DNA of 60,383 nucleotides, filler included, from Perkinsus olseni (GCA_013115125.1; 10 parts of 10 records of this genome joined end to end with filler, not necessarily neighbours in it), one strand, 5' to 3'; positions 1 to 11,930 are shown, counted from the whole stretch's first letter. Notes: generated by a model from the sequence alone, not told the origin. Numbers and translations: made by a program.

Positions 1-1249
1 GGGGCGCCCGACATAGTGGCGAGCTGGTAGATGGTACCCGAGGAGTTAGCCTTCAGAACCTTGTACGGCCCTATCCACAGACCTTCCTGCTTGAGGTTAC
101 CGTGCTTGTACCTCAACACCAAGTCACCAGGCTTGAACTTGACGGTAGCACCTCTCTTCAGCGGGGCCTTGGCCATACGGTTGCGGATACGGTCGCTTCT
201 CTCCAACCAGTAGTCGAAGTAGTCCACGAGGTTGTCGCACCGCCTCGAGCTTATATCATGGCAGATCTCAGTCAAGTCTCCTAGAAGCTTGTCCTTCTCG
301 AACTCCATGATACCAGGCAGCCACTCAGCAAGTCGTCGTCGGCCTTCTTCATCATCACTGGTACCCCCTTGCCCTGTAGGGTACCTGGGCTTCCGACAGA
401 AGAACAACTCATGAGGCGTCAACCCACCCATCTCCTGCAAGGGGAGACGGTTGATCATAGACACCGAGTCAGCAACGGCCTTCTCGATAGTGAGCTCCTC
501 GTCTTGAGATCGCGCCTGGCTCAGTCGTGACCTTATCTGCCGCAGCAAGACCCCATGGAACCGCTCGAACAGGCCGCCATAGTGCTGACAATCTCTAGGG
601 AGAGTAGCATAGGCGATGTTGTTGTCCTCGAGGTAGTGGATGTACACACTCGAATTGAACGTCGAACCAGGGTCGAATACCACCGCGAACGGTGGACCGA
701 CCACAGCGAAAAGCTTCTGAGTCGCCGTAGTCACCGCTTCCGTCTTGGTGGATGGTAGCACGTCGTAGATGGTCTGGTAGGAACTGGGGCACATGAGGGT
801 GAGTACCCACTTCTTCTGACCATGGTCCTCGACCGAAGCAGTCTCCACGAAGGGGCCGGCGAAGTCCATACACCACACCTGCCCAGCGTCGAAGACCAGA
901 CCGCTCGGACGGACGACTCCGAAAGCACGACGGACACATCCTCGCCGTTTAGTCCTTCTGCAAGTGGGGCACGAGTTCTCGATCTGCCTGACTAGACGGC
1001 GAAGCTGAGGGGTGAAGTAGAACCGAGAGTACACCGAAATGATCTTACTCGGGTCTGGGTGGCCCCACGAGTCATGGAGCTCTCTCATCAGCCGAACCAC
1101 ATCGCCGTTCATGGGGATGACAGGAACCTGGTGGGCTCTACGGCGTTCTTGGACGACCGAGGTGACACCGTGGTAGTACAAGGTGTTACCGTCTAGATGA
1201 TAAAGTCGTAGAGAAGGGGGGAGGTCGGCCTCAGGGGTAGTCCGTAGGG
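1..1249 (-). CDS. Integrase domain of the same retrotransposon, truncated at the scaffold edge
   Basis: Manual translation of the minus strand (frame runs off the edge, so absent from the ORF track): HHCC zinc motif LHDSWGH...CPTC, core WCMDFAGPF...VFDPGSTF...GGLFERFH, and C-terminal GDLVL...WIGPYKV. Confidence 0.88.
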
Positions 1250-1345
1250 NNNNNNNNNNNNNNNNNNNNNNNNNNNNNNNNNNNNNNNNNNNNNNNNNNN
1301 NNNNNNNNNNNNNNNNNNNNNNNNNNNNNNNNNNNNNNNNNNNNN

Positions 1346-4300
1346 NTAGGCGGCTATCTGCGCCATAACCTTGGGGTCAGCCTCCTGCATCTCAATAATC
1401 TTCTCGGGGGTGAAGTGCTCCTCCAGATCTAGGGCTAAAGCATCATATGCTCCTTCATGAGGGTCCGTACCGTCGCTCAGATCGCAGCCCTCATCCTTCT
1501 CAGAGTTGGGCACGAAGGAGAAGTCGTTACGGACGGCAAGCCGCACATCGTCTTTGAGCTGATCGATGTCGATAGTAGGAGGAAGTTCACCAGTTGTAAT
1601 AGGCCTCGTAGCAACATCCGCCGGGTTCGCCAAGCCGGATAAATGTAGCACCGCAACCTTGCAGCCGGTCTCGTCAGTCAAGTCAGTGAGAACCTTCAGT
1701 GCGTACTTCAGCTTGCGGTACTCCAAGGCCGTAATAGTCTTGATCTTCTTGTTCTTGGCTAAGCGTCGGAGTCTGTAGATGATGAGCTCAGAGTCCACAA
1801 AGATTCTCAGAGTGGTGTTGCTCAAGGAGGGGCCGTGTTGTCGAACCAGATCGCAGTAGTCAGAGAGCATGGTCATACCAGAACAATATGAGAGGGTCTC
1901 CTTCTTGGGAATAGTCCATCGCCCTTCAGCTCTGGTCCACAGGTGGGTGTTACCCACTATCCTCACGAACTCAGCATCGTACAGCAACTGGCAGCTTGCC
2001 ACTCCAGAGGCGTCGGTGAAGAGGTAGAGCTCGGAGACATGCACCGTTCTTGGGGTAAGGGTCCTCGGCATGGCCTCTTGGTTCACGGCTCGGGCTAGTC
2101 GCAGGAGTCGGCTCGCTACTTCTTGGTCAATAGGCTCATCCCAACCCTTGGACGACTCGTAAGAGGCTCGGGCTAGAGCTCGCAGACAGGACGCCAGTTC
2201 CACACCGAAGCCAAGGGGGTCGTAGAAAGCCATCACCAGGCCGAAGGCCTGCTTACGACTCATGCACTCGGGGTCAAGGCTCAAGAGCTCGGACTTAGGC
2301 TCATACCGGACGCTCAGCTTGTCGTGACTCCATCTGTACCCGAGATAGGACGTATCGGGCTTCTCCCAGGACCGGTACTTCTTGACGTCATTGGGAGGGA
2401 ACCCATGTCCACCTAGCGCACAGTCGACCTCGACAGCGGTCTGCTCGGCCTCCTCGGGGGTAGGTCCCCGAGACTGGGAGTCATCCACGTAGACGGCGAC
2501 CCGATCCAGAAGCTTGAGTGACGACCGAGCTTGACCGTTCTTGGGGTCCTGAACCACATCCTTGGCGGCAGCAGCACGGCGGTACTCCAAGTAGGTGTCG
2601 AGTAGTTGCTTCACCACAGGGTCCAACTCCTTAGCCTCAGTCGCCTCCAGCCGCCTCTCGTAGACATCGTGCATGATCAGCGCCGCTTGAGTAGACTGGT
2701 TGAGCCCTGAGGGGGCGTAGTTGGCACCGAAGATCATACTCAGCCACTGGTCAAAGGTGAGGTCGCCGTTCTCATTGATGGTACACATGCCCAGGAACTT
2801 CTGGTCAACAGCCTCCATCTCAATGCGGTGAAAGGCCTTAGAGATGTCACTGATCACCACCGCAGGCGACAGTCGGAAACAGTGGAGGTTACCGGCGAGA
2901 GTCTGGCAGTAGAACCGATCATTAGGTGGAGGGCCTTCTCGACAGTGCTGGTTGAGTTGAACGCTGGCGTCTAGCACTAGGCGGACCTTAGTGCTCACCG
3001 CTCCAGGCCGTACGACCGGCATGCTGGGGATGATGTGAGTTAGCGCCTCCTTGGTAGTGGGCCTCGTGAACCCCAGATCTCGTAGCTCAGTGGTGACCTT
3101 GTGGTAGGCCTGTTGAACCTCTGGCGTTAGCCTAGCACTGACTAATCGGGCTCGTCTCATAGCAACACCATTGCTGGAAGTGTCAGGCCTCGTCGCACCC
3201 TTCCACGGTATAGACAGACAGAACCGCCCTCTGGTTGACCTAGGGGTTGGTGGCTTCAACTTCCAGTCAAAAGCCTTAGCACCGTCATCACCAAGTGGCT
3301 GTTGATAACCTCGCAGAGTCCTCTGGGCCCGCTGAGCATCAGACAATCCCTTGCAGAAGGTGGGGTCGGAGGAGTCGGACTCTACCCTAGGTGGACACTC
3401 TTGCTGGGCGAACTGAAGTAAGACGTCCGTGGGGATCTCCGGGTCTTCGTCAGAGTCGGAGTCGTCCTCCTCGGAGTCAGTCTCATGGTCAACGGCCAAG
3501 TAGCACAGCTCAGTCAGTTGGTACTCTTCTCGTCGACGACTATCAGGGCAGTCAGGCTTGATCTTCGGACCGTAGATGTGCTTAGCCAACTTCTCAGCCT
3601 CATTTCCAACCAACAACAGGTTACGGTCCAGTAGCCAGAGAGCCCCAAGGTCCCGCAGAAGGTTTGTCGAAAGAATGAGGTCGTAGGCCAGGTCCGAGTC
3701 GACGATGACAAAGTCTTCCGGTGCCTCAGTACCATCCTCGAAGCGGACGACCAACCCAACCGCCTTACCCACAACTACGGGTGAGCTACAATTCGCTGTT
3801 CTCAACCGAATCATAGTGTCTTGCATGTGGCCACTGGGGAGAGAGTCAAAGACTCGCTTGTGCATAACCGATATCATAGCCCCGCTGTCCAACAAAGCGG
3901 ACTGAGCCTTGCTGCCGTTGATGGAGATGGTGACGACTTGTGACAGACCACGATAGGGTAACAGGCTAATGGCTTGAATGTCCTTCACACCAGGCTTCTT
4001 CTGCCGACAGGCTAGACTAGAGTGGTTCATCCTGCCGCACCTTCCGCACTTGACACCGTAACTGTCGAACTGCCGGGGGCAAAAATAGGCTTTACCATGG
4101 CACAAGCCGCAGAACAGACAACGTTCAGACTCCAACTCCAACTCCTGCTCGCAGACCTCTGGTAGATGAGACACACCACCCTTGTCTAGGCATCGGCCAC
4201 ACCGGGCTCGGATGATCCGCCGGTTGTTGTCAGCGTTGAGAATCAAGTCATCTGCTCGGGTCCTTGCGGGCTTTTTGGCCTTAGCTGAAGCTGAACCCTT

Positions 4301-5857
4301 GTTGGGGCGGTCAGATGATTTGGCTGTAGAATGTGAAGAAGTCGTTCGGGTAGGAGCCCCAGGGTTCATGGCAACAGCATTCACCGAGTAGTCAGGGTCT
4401 TCAGTAGTCTCACAGGTGACGCCACAGACATCCTTGGCGTTGCAGTGGGGGTCCCAGTGCACTTGAGCCCAAGCCTTGGCAGCTTGCACCACCTCCTGGT
4501 ATGACATGCCTTGAGATCCGGGTAGCTTGTAGCCCCGCTCGTTGAGGAACGTCTGACACTTCGCCGGGAGGGACGCATGCAGCCGACATTTCATCTCCGA
4601 GTCAGTCAGCTTGGCAGAAGAACAACCACGGCTCCGGGCGACCTCTCTCGCAGTAGTCTCAAAGTCGCTCCAGAACTGGAGGAACTTGACGCCCTTGTGC
4701 AGCCACATCTGACTCCACTTGGTTTCCAAGGTATCAGCATCGGTGCCGGAGTAGATCTCGTCCATGAATTCCCACAAGGTGTCTAGTCGCATCTTCCAAT
4801 AGGAACCAGTAGTATCATATGCCTCGTTGCCGTGGCGGTCGACGTCGTTAAGTCCTCGGTCACACTCGTAGGTGTCGAGCAACCTCTGGATGGCCGGGGT
4901 GACGTTGTGCCTCACCGTGAAGTACTTGGTGCAATAGTCGCTCCAGACATAGTCGGGGGACGTCTGAACCTTGAATCTGAATTCACTCAAGGGGATTCCA
5001 TCAGCATCACCGGTCCATTGCTCACCTAGGAGGTAGTACTGACGGCTTACTTGATAGTACGCATAGTTGATATCACGGGGGCATTTCTTCTTCTCATAAG
5101 ACCACCAGGAATCCTTCCAACCATCCCAACCGTTACCACCGTGGTCGTTGTAGTGGTCACCGGAGTCGTAGGAGTAGTTGGTCTGATACGCAGATGGTGC
5201 TGGTCTCGATGGTCCGGGCTCATCCTTCGCCGGTCTCAATGGTGTCGTCATGCCAGAGGAGGTCGTTTCCACAGGCGCTCTCACGACGTGAATGGCGGAC
5301 TCTTCAGCAATCTTGGGTAGTCCTCCACCACCCGCCATAACGTGGGGTGGAGGCGCTCGGTTGGAGCCAGAGTAGCTCCGATCAGCAGTCTCAGGTGGCA
5401 CACCACCGCCAGCCATAACGTGGGGTGGAGGCGCTCGGTTGGAGCCAGAGTAGCTCCGATCAGCAGTTCCCGGACCCTGTACCCGGGAGTCAGCAGTCTC
5501 ATTCCCACCGGCCTTGGTCGTTTCACGGCTCTCCTTGGAGATCGTGATCAAAGGGTCGGCAGGGTCTTCAGGGTCAGCTTGGTTCTTAGTCTCAGTGTTA
5601 GTCTCAGTCTCAGCGCTGTCCCCCGAACCAGCAGCGATTCCCTTTGCAGTCTCAGTTGCTCTCAGGAGCTCTTCTGCAGAGGGGGTAGTCTCAGCACTGT
5701 CGTTGTTCGGAGGGGGGTCACCAGTGTTCTCGAGGGCAGAGGCGTCGCCGGTCTCGGGAGTCATGAACTCATCGGACGTGTGACCCTGCTCATTATCCTC
5801 AGTATTGGACGCCTTGCTCTCTTGGTCGTTAGAACCTCTTCGTCTGGTAGAGGGCAT
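1346..5857 (-). mobile_element. BEL/Pao-like LTR retrotransposon gag-pol ORF (Gag with Cys/His knuckles, aspartic protease, RT, RNase H)
   Basis: Single long ORF with CGRCGRMNHSSLAC knuckle, protease LLDSGA, RT VRLVLDAS...DISKAFH...FGANYAP...YVDD, BEL-type FYDPLG, RNase H LFTDASG, FVDSE and NPADVATR. Domain order PR-RT-RH-IN. Interrupted by an N gap at about 1250-1345. Confidence 0.9.
5333..5468 (-). repeat. 78-bp tandem duplication in the Gag N-terminus
   Basis: TADRSYSGSNRAPPPHVMAGGG occurs twice; DNA period 78 nt. Confidence 0.9.
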
Positions 5858-5979
5858 GATCTAGAGTTGAGTGATCCCGGTAGAATGTGAAGTATCGGGG
5901 TGGCCGTAGTAGAACCGAAGGAAAGGGAGAAGTCGATGTAGACAAGTCTGAGTGGTTCTTGATGTCGCAGGGGTTCAAG

Positions 5980-6079
5980 NNNNNNNNNNNNNNNNNNNNN
6001 NNNNNNNNNNNNNNNNNNNNNNNTTAATTAATTAANNNNNNNNNNNNNNNNNNNNNNNNNNNNNNNNNNNNNNNNNNNN
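5980..6079. other. Artificial scaffold spacer (44N-TTAATTAATTAA-44N); also at 12053-12152, 18124-18223, 24193-24292, 30260-30359, 36312-36411, 42355-42454, 48380-48479, 54389-54488
   Basis: Identical 100-nt spacer with stops in all six frames. Flanking scaffold lengths fall monotonically from 5979 to 5895 nt. Confidence 0.98.
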
Positions 6080-6191
6080 TCTATTTCAATCACCCATAAG
6101 ATGAGTGTTTCAACAAGGACTGGCTCCTTAACTTATTTTTTTTATTTTTTTTTTGCGCCTTCGGCGCGAATATCACACTATATCGCGCAGC

Positions 6192-6236
6192 CCTCTCGCA
6201 CCCGAAGCGAGAATCATACCACTAGGCCACACAGCC
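6192..6236 (-). tRNA. tRNA-Pro(CGG), 5' part only (T-arm region not recognisable near the scaffold end)
   Basis: GGCTGTGTGGCCTAGTGGTATGATTCTCGCTTCGGGTGCGAGAGG: Pro D-arm and anticodon arm CTCGC-TT-CGG-GT-GCGAG. Confidence 0.6.
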
Positions 6237-6365
6237 AGGAAAAACAATTCATAGAGGAAGCTTGCGCGCTTATGTGTCTGTCGCTAGAAGCCGTGCGCCT
6301 CCGAAGACGCCGTAGAAACTCCAACTCGACGCATGATCTAATACATATTTCGAATGATGGTGCAA

Positions 6366-6439
6366 TACTGGGACCGAGAGTCGAACTCGGGACCTACTGC
6401 GTGTGAGGCAGTCGTCATAACCAACTAGATCATTCCAGC
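6366..6439 (-). tRNA. tRNA-Val(CAC)
   Basis: GCTGGAATGATCTAGTTGGTTATGACGACTGCCTCACACGCAGTAGGTCCCGAGTTCGACTCTCGGTCCCAGTA: full cloverleaf, one acceptor mismatch. Confidence 0.85.
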
Positions 6440-6539
6440 AAGCTCAAGAAACATCTCATTCCGTGGTCCCGGTGAGCTCCGTGATCTTAAATGCCCGTCT
6501 ACTGTATAGGCCGTGCTCAGCAGCCAGACACCTAATCGT

Positions 6540-6611
6540 GGGCTGAGTCGAGAATCGAACTCGAGACCTCTCGCACGCAAAGCGAGAATTATACCACTAG
6601 ACCACACAGCA
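6540..6611 (-). tRNA. tRNA-Pro body with TGC anticodon and G1>T (probable pseudo-tRNA)
   Basis: TGCTGTGTGGTCTAGTGGTATAATTCTCGCTTTGCGTGCGAGAGGTCTCGAGTTCGATTCTCGACTCAGCCC; paralogous to the Pro copy ending at 6236. Confidence 0.7.
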
Positions 6612-6745
6612 ATACCGGCGAGTTCGTAGCAGGGGCTTCGGTGCTCCAGGAGCAGTCGCTAGAAACCGTCCGGTCCGCATTCGAAGACGCGGTAGCAACT
6701 CCAAAACGGCGCATGATCCGACGCATATTTCGAATGAAAGTGTAA

Positions 6746-6819
6746 TACTGGAACCGAGAATCGAACTCGGGACCTACTGCGTGTTAGGCAGTCGTCATAA
6801 CCAACTAGACCATTCCAGC
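6746..6819 (-). tRNA. tRNA-Val(AAC)
   Basis: GCTGGAATGGTCTAGTTGGTTATGACGACTGCCTAACACGCAGTAGGTCCCGAGTTCGATTCTCGGTTCCAGTA: canonical cloverleaf. Confidence 0.92.
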
Positions 6820-6919
6820 AAGCTGCAATGACATCTCATTCCGTGGTCCCGGTGAGCTCCGTGATCTTAAATGCCCGTCTACTATATAGGTAGAGCTCAG
6901 CAGCAAGACAGCTGATCGC

Positions 6920-6990
6920 GGGCTGAGTCGAGAATCGGACTCGAGAGCTCTCGCCGCCCAAGCGCCGTTCTTGCCGCTAGACCACGAGAC
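6920..6990 (-). pseudogene. Degenerate tRNA-Pro copy ending the array
   Basis: 3' half matches the Pro copy 380 nt upstream; the anticodon/D region is scrambled but the A-box GTGGTCTAGCGG persists. Confidence 0.6.
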
Positions 6991-7544
6991 GGAAAAGGAG
7001 TAGAGAAAAAAATTAATAAAGCACGTATGGAGGCGATTTTTTTGTTAGCGGAGAGAATTGCAGCGATGGTAAAAACACGCAGGACGAGAGTGTGTGCGTG
7101 CGCAAGCTTCGTGACATCATGAGACCGCACAGCGAAGAAACGCCGTCGCTGTTCATGCGTTCAAAGACATGGTGTTACTTAGTGAGTGCCACTCACTGAG
7201 TGGCTAGATACGCAGCACAGTGGCGCTCATGCTGTCAGATTTTTTTAATCCTAGGTAGGGAGATGTCTAACGATGGTGAACAGTTCACCGTGAACTTGAT
7301 TTACCAACTCAACCGCAATAACGGTGTGACACTATCGTAAGACATGGACAGCACCAATGCCTCGACCATTGATCGGATAACAAGCATTCGAGCATTGAGT
7401 GCTATCCCCTTCCCACACTCCCCGGGAGTGACTCCCGTACCATGGGTTTTTATTGCTGAAATAGAGCCGAGGAAGCTCTATTTCATTATTTTTTAGCTTC
7501 ACGCAGAACGTCCTGAGATTACTAGAAAATCACAAAAACCTTAC

Positions 7545-7576
7545 CTAGACCACTTGCTAGACCACCTGCTAGACCA
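7545..7576. repeat. Three 12-bp-period repeats of CTAGACCA(C)
   Basis: ctagaccac-ttg-ctagaccac-ctg-ctagacca; reverse complement of the tRNA A-box segment GTGGTCTAG. Confidence 0.85.
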
Positions 7577-7875
7577 AATGTAAGCTTTTCTCGCCGGTGT
7601 GAATGCAAATGTAATTTTTTCTTTTCGATTCAAATAGGCGACTGTGTACTCCATCTCAATGTAGCTACTCCTCTTCAGAAAGCATCCACGAAATCCACGA
7701 AACGAGATCACCCTTGCGCGCGCGAGCGGCGCGTGCGCGTCGCGTCACGGGCGAGCGAGACAGCGACGCGCTTTGAGCTTGGATAATTTCCGTTTCAGTG
7801 GGAGCGAATGAAGCATGTCGCCACAGCATTACCGTGTACGGCAGCTTATTTCCCAACGAAAGTTCCCCTACGGAA

Positions 7876-10800
7876 ATGCCTGGTCGAGGAAGACCGTCGA
7901 AAGCCCAGCGCGCTGCAGAGCTACGCGAAGCTCTCCACTGGAGAGCTCCTGGAGAGTCTCCAGGGTCAGAGAGACCTTTTATGAGGCCTGTTCAGAGCAG
8001 TCAAGAGAAGTCAGGTAAGGCGCGAGTATTTCGAGTGAGGATCTGATTTTTGTAAACGATCAGAATGTCCTCCAAAAGCGCATCAGAAAACAGAGCATAA
8101 CAGAGCTGAACAAGCGACACCAAGCCAGACAGTTCCCCCGGATCCCCCGGTTGTTCACGTTGACAATACTGCCAGTCTCAGCCTGGATGCTTGGGACTAC
8201 AGACGGTGCGATAAGTGGGTGTTGGGGTTTGGAAGAGAAGCGGAGTTAACGTACGAACAGTTCTACGCTGAGTTCCCACGCAAGGTCGGGGCTTTCTTCA
8301 TATTCATGGGAAGAAGGATAGATGTGCAGCACGGCCCTCTATTAGAGGGCCTCTAACGAAATCCCAACGAAAATTCCTGAGATGGGCCCAGTATCGCCTT
8401 ATACGCTCGTCAAACCCTGAGTCTGAGCTGGACCGCCTAGGAGTTCGGGAGAAATCAGCCCGTCAGTCCTTGGTGGAGGATCTCGAACAGTATCTCGAGC
8501 CACAGGCCGCGACGGATGGGTAGTCGGCAGCGAGTGATATCGAAGAAACAAGGAAGCGCAGAGAATCCGTGGCTGCGAATGAAACGTCGAGGTTGCAAGA
8601 AGAGCGAGGTTGCGAGGCACTCGATGCGAGCCGCGGAGTGCAAAATCAAATACAGCAAGCAAATCGCCCGTCCACCTCAGCGTCGAAATGTGCAAAAGGG
8701 AAGACCGCGCTCTCCCGAGCTCTGTGGGCAGCGCTAGACGACCCGTCTCTGCCTGGTTTCCCGCTGCGGGGTGAGAGATGGGCAAGCACAAGTGGGGCCC
8801 AGGAAGCGTGGATGAGAGCAGTAATTGAGGACTTACCAAGCGACCACCCTGGAGGCTGGTTTTACCCTCCTGACCCTTCACTGGACATCACCCCCAATGT
8901 TAGGAAGTATCAGCTCTGGCCGTTTTACTTTTGGCGTCCTCAAAATAGCGTATGGGCTAGACTGAGGAGCCCAGAGGACCCTAGCTGTGCGCTCCCATGT
9001 ATCAATGACTCTACACATACGGTACGCCGGGCCGGCTTGCCTCCCCTTGGCCCTCGCAAAGTCGTCTCACGGAATGGCATCTTCTATATCATGGCCGAGA
9101 GGTTCCGATGTTGTCAGTGCAAGGCTGGGCATGGCGATGCAGACGACGTACTCTCACATACCATACATGAGAAGAAAAAGGAGCATTTGCGCTTCAGCGC
9201 ATTACACCCGAACTTCCTTGGCAAGCTACCACGAGACCTTGTTTCGGTCATTCCCGCTTTCCCGACATACAGGAAGGCGGTGAGCTCCGAGCTTCTCTCT
9301 GAGATACGCAGTCTTGCGGTGAGCAGCGGGGCGGCTGCATTCGCGACTGTGCTCACAGAGTGCCAGCAGTCGCACTATCTGTGTCGTCGCGCCCAATACG
9401 ATCTGCACTGCCAGGAGTGGCGTTCCGCCTCCGAGGGTGGACGGCTACCGCACTTCAGTACTGTGCGTATCCCGGACGGCGGATTCCCAGAGTTTGGGGA
9501 TATGGGGGAGCGGGGTGACTCACACGGCTGGAACGTCAAGGAGTCTGACCGCTCCAGGGAGTACATAATGGCTGTATACGTCCAAGACTTCATCGAAGGC
9601 CAGCCGGGACTTGCGCAGGAGATGCGCAGCCTCTCTGGGAGTATCTTGAGGGCGGACCATACTAGGCCGCTTGCAGATCGAGTCGAAAGCGACGCTGGGA
9701 TAAAATGGAGCTACTCTGTCGTGAATGAATACGGGGAGGTCATCTCTCACGCATTCACTGAAACGGATTCCGACAGTCACGTCCAGAAGCTCTATGCCGG
9801 CTTGAAAGCTCGTTATGACTCTCTGCCCTATCCACGCCTATTGTATGTGGATAAAAACTGTTGTACTAGTACTAAGCAGATGGTCACACAGGTAATTCCA
9901 CACCCACAGACGTACTCCAGTATGAGATTGCTCAGGCATTTCCATCCTTGACCGTTCGCCTCGATGTGTTTCATATGCTTTGGAGGTTCTCCAAAGCGTG
10001 CGTCCGCACTACTCATCCCGGCCATGCCAACTTCATGAGGGAGCTCTCACAGGGATAGGCAGATGAGGCCAATCGCCCCGGGTACTGCCTCAATCTCAGG
10101 CGTTTTTCAAGACCAATGAAAACGACCTGCGGATGCTACTTGAAGCTATCATGGTCAGTTTCGGTTTGGACGATCCTGCCGAGGCAGCCAGGAGGTTGAG
10201 GCGATCGCCATCGTGGTTGTATCGCTTCGTGCGGCGACAGATTCCCCAGCCAGAAGAGCTTGAAGAGCGCGTTCTGGCGGTCGTGGAGAGCGCGCGAAAT
10301 ATTTCCTGGGATGGGGAGTTGTTGCTGCCGCCGGGGCCAGAGGGTTTCGATCGATGCTTGGCGAATCAGGTGAGGTTCATAGCACTGCATACTCCATAAC
10401 TTATGAGAAACTCCGTGGCAGTATTAGATGATGTTAGAGATCATCGCCCTTGTTCAGGTCTATCACATTAAGCGAGGGTGTGTGAGTGATCCTCCGGGTA
10501 TCTCGCTCTACGAAGAACTCGGACACGTCTCTTTCCAAGGAAATAAGAACTGCCCACTTATGACGTACCGGTGTTACAGAGGGTCGAGTCAACTGGAAGG
10601 CATCCACGGACTCCAAGCCAGCTTTCTGAGTGGCACCAATGTGGGGTCTGTTGCAAGCCAAGCCCTTGTTATTGACGGGTTGACGCGATACAATCGGAAC
10701 GTACGCCGCAAGAGAGATGGCATCACTCAAGTGTACCCTTTGCTTGATAACAACCTGCTCATTCGTTTAAGAGCTAGTGGTGATAACATGTACCCACATC

Positions 10801-11930
10801 TCGTCATGAACGCGTCGGACACAGGTAAGCTTCTCACCTAGGCATCAATGATACAATATCATTGATGTTGTTCTCTGTCTAAACCCTTGAGCCTTCAGGT
10901 GAAAGCTTTGGTCTCGAGTATACACTGGCATTGCGCAAGGAAATGCTGGAGGCCGAGCTTGAGGATATTCAGCGATCCAGTCCAGCGGAAACTGTAGCAG
11001 AGTGCGATGATGCGGAGCTAGGGAAGTACGAAGCCGAGGCTATGGCATGGTCGATGGACCGGGTGGTGGAAATATTGGACAATGAGCATGCGTCGACCCG
11101 CGTGCAGCAAGACGGTACTGGCACTCAGAAACCTGCCGCTGGCTCGGCGCGGCGGATATCGAAGCTCAAGATGTTCGGCGCCAACTCCAGTTTCCTGCAG
11201 AAGACCCGTCCGGATAATTACACGCCACTTATGAGGCAGAAGATAGATGAGCTGGCAACGGAAATAGGCGAGGCGAACCTGGACGCTATCCACAAGGCAT
11301 ACTTCACCTGGTTCCTGGCCCAGAAATCGGAGAATCCTGATGCACCGATTTTCGATACTTCGCGCTATCATATAGAGAAATACATAATCCGACGAAAGAT
11401 GGAGCTGGCAGGAGCGACATCCCTATGCCCTGACGTAGTGACCGCCGCCCGCAGGACGAAGATGGCGGCAGTCTTGTCCTCTGGCGCTCAAGCCTCTACT
11501 CCGTCAATACCCGCCAGCACTCGTAGGCTCATACCTCAACCGACGGAAGTTCCCAAACCTCCAGTTGTACAACCAACTACACCTGCAACAAGCAGTGCCC
11601 AGTGCGCCGGTATCAAGTGTGGTAGATGCCACAAGGTTCGGACAGGTGAGAACCCGGAAGAAGTGTTGGACTACTACTAATGTTTACAAAGCGCTTGTCA
11701 GGTAACCACCGCAGGCCAAATATCGTTGTCCCAATCTCGATGGCGACTACGACGAGTGGTTAGCAACGCGGCAGATGCAAGAATTTCTCCGTATCAAGGC
11801 TACGCAGCGTACGGGCAAGAGGAATCGAGGCGCTCAGTCTGCCAACGATCTTACTAAGTCTCAAGACTCCACTCCGACTACGGAGGCGAACGAAAGCATC
11901 AACGTTACACGACAAGGAGCAACTGCCCAT
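7876..11930 (+). mobile_element. Intron-containing DDE transposase gene, Dada-superfamily-like (probably slightly degraded)
   Basis: Spliced translation gives FYFWRP...PC...GPRKV...MAERFRCCQC, ILRADHT, VVNEYGEV, LLYVDKNCC, VRLDVFH (DxxH), CVSDPPG, YRCYRGSSQLEGIH, DGLTRYN, TGESFGLEY and C-terminal CGRC...H...C. Short introns near 9892-9935, 10369-10458, 10824-10898 and 11646-11701. The 5' exon structure is uncertain. Confidence 0.8.

Larger units (their letters stand above)
6190..6990 (-). repeat. Tandem array, unit about 380 bp, each carrying tRNA-Pro and tRNA-Val
   Basis: Val copies start at 6366 and 6746, Pro 3' ends lie at 6540 and 6920, and the spacers are alignable. Confidence 0.9.

Noticed and set aside
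5980-6079. Regularly spaced identical TTAATTAATTAA repeats every 6 kb or so
   Set aside because: Artificial six-frame-stop linkers between concatenated scaffolds. ORFs crossing them and gene neighbourhoods across them are meaningless.
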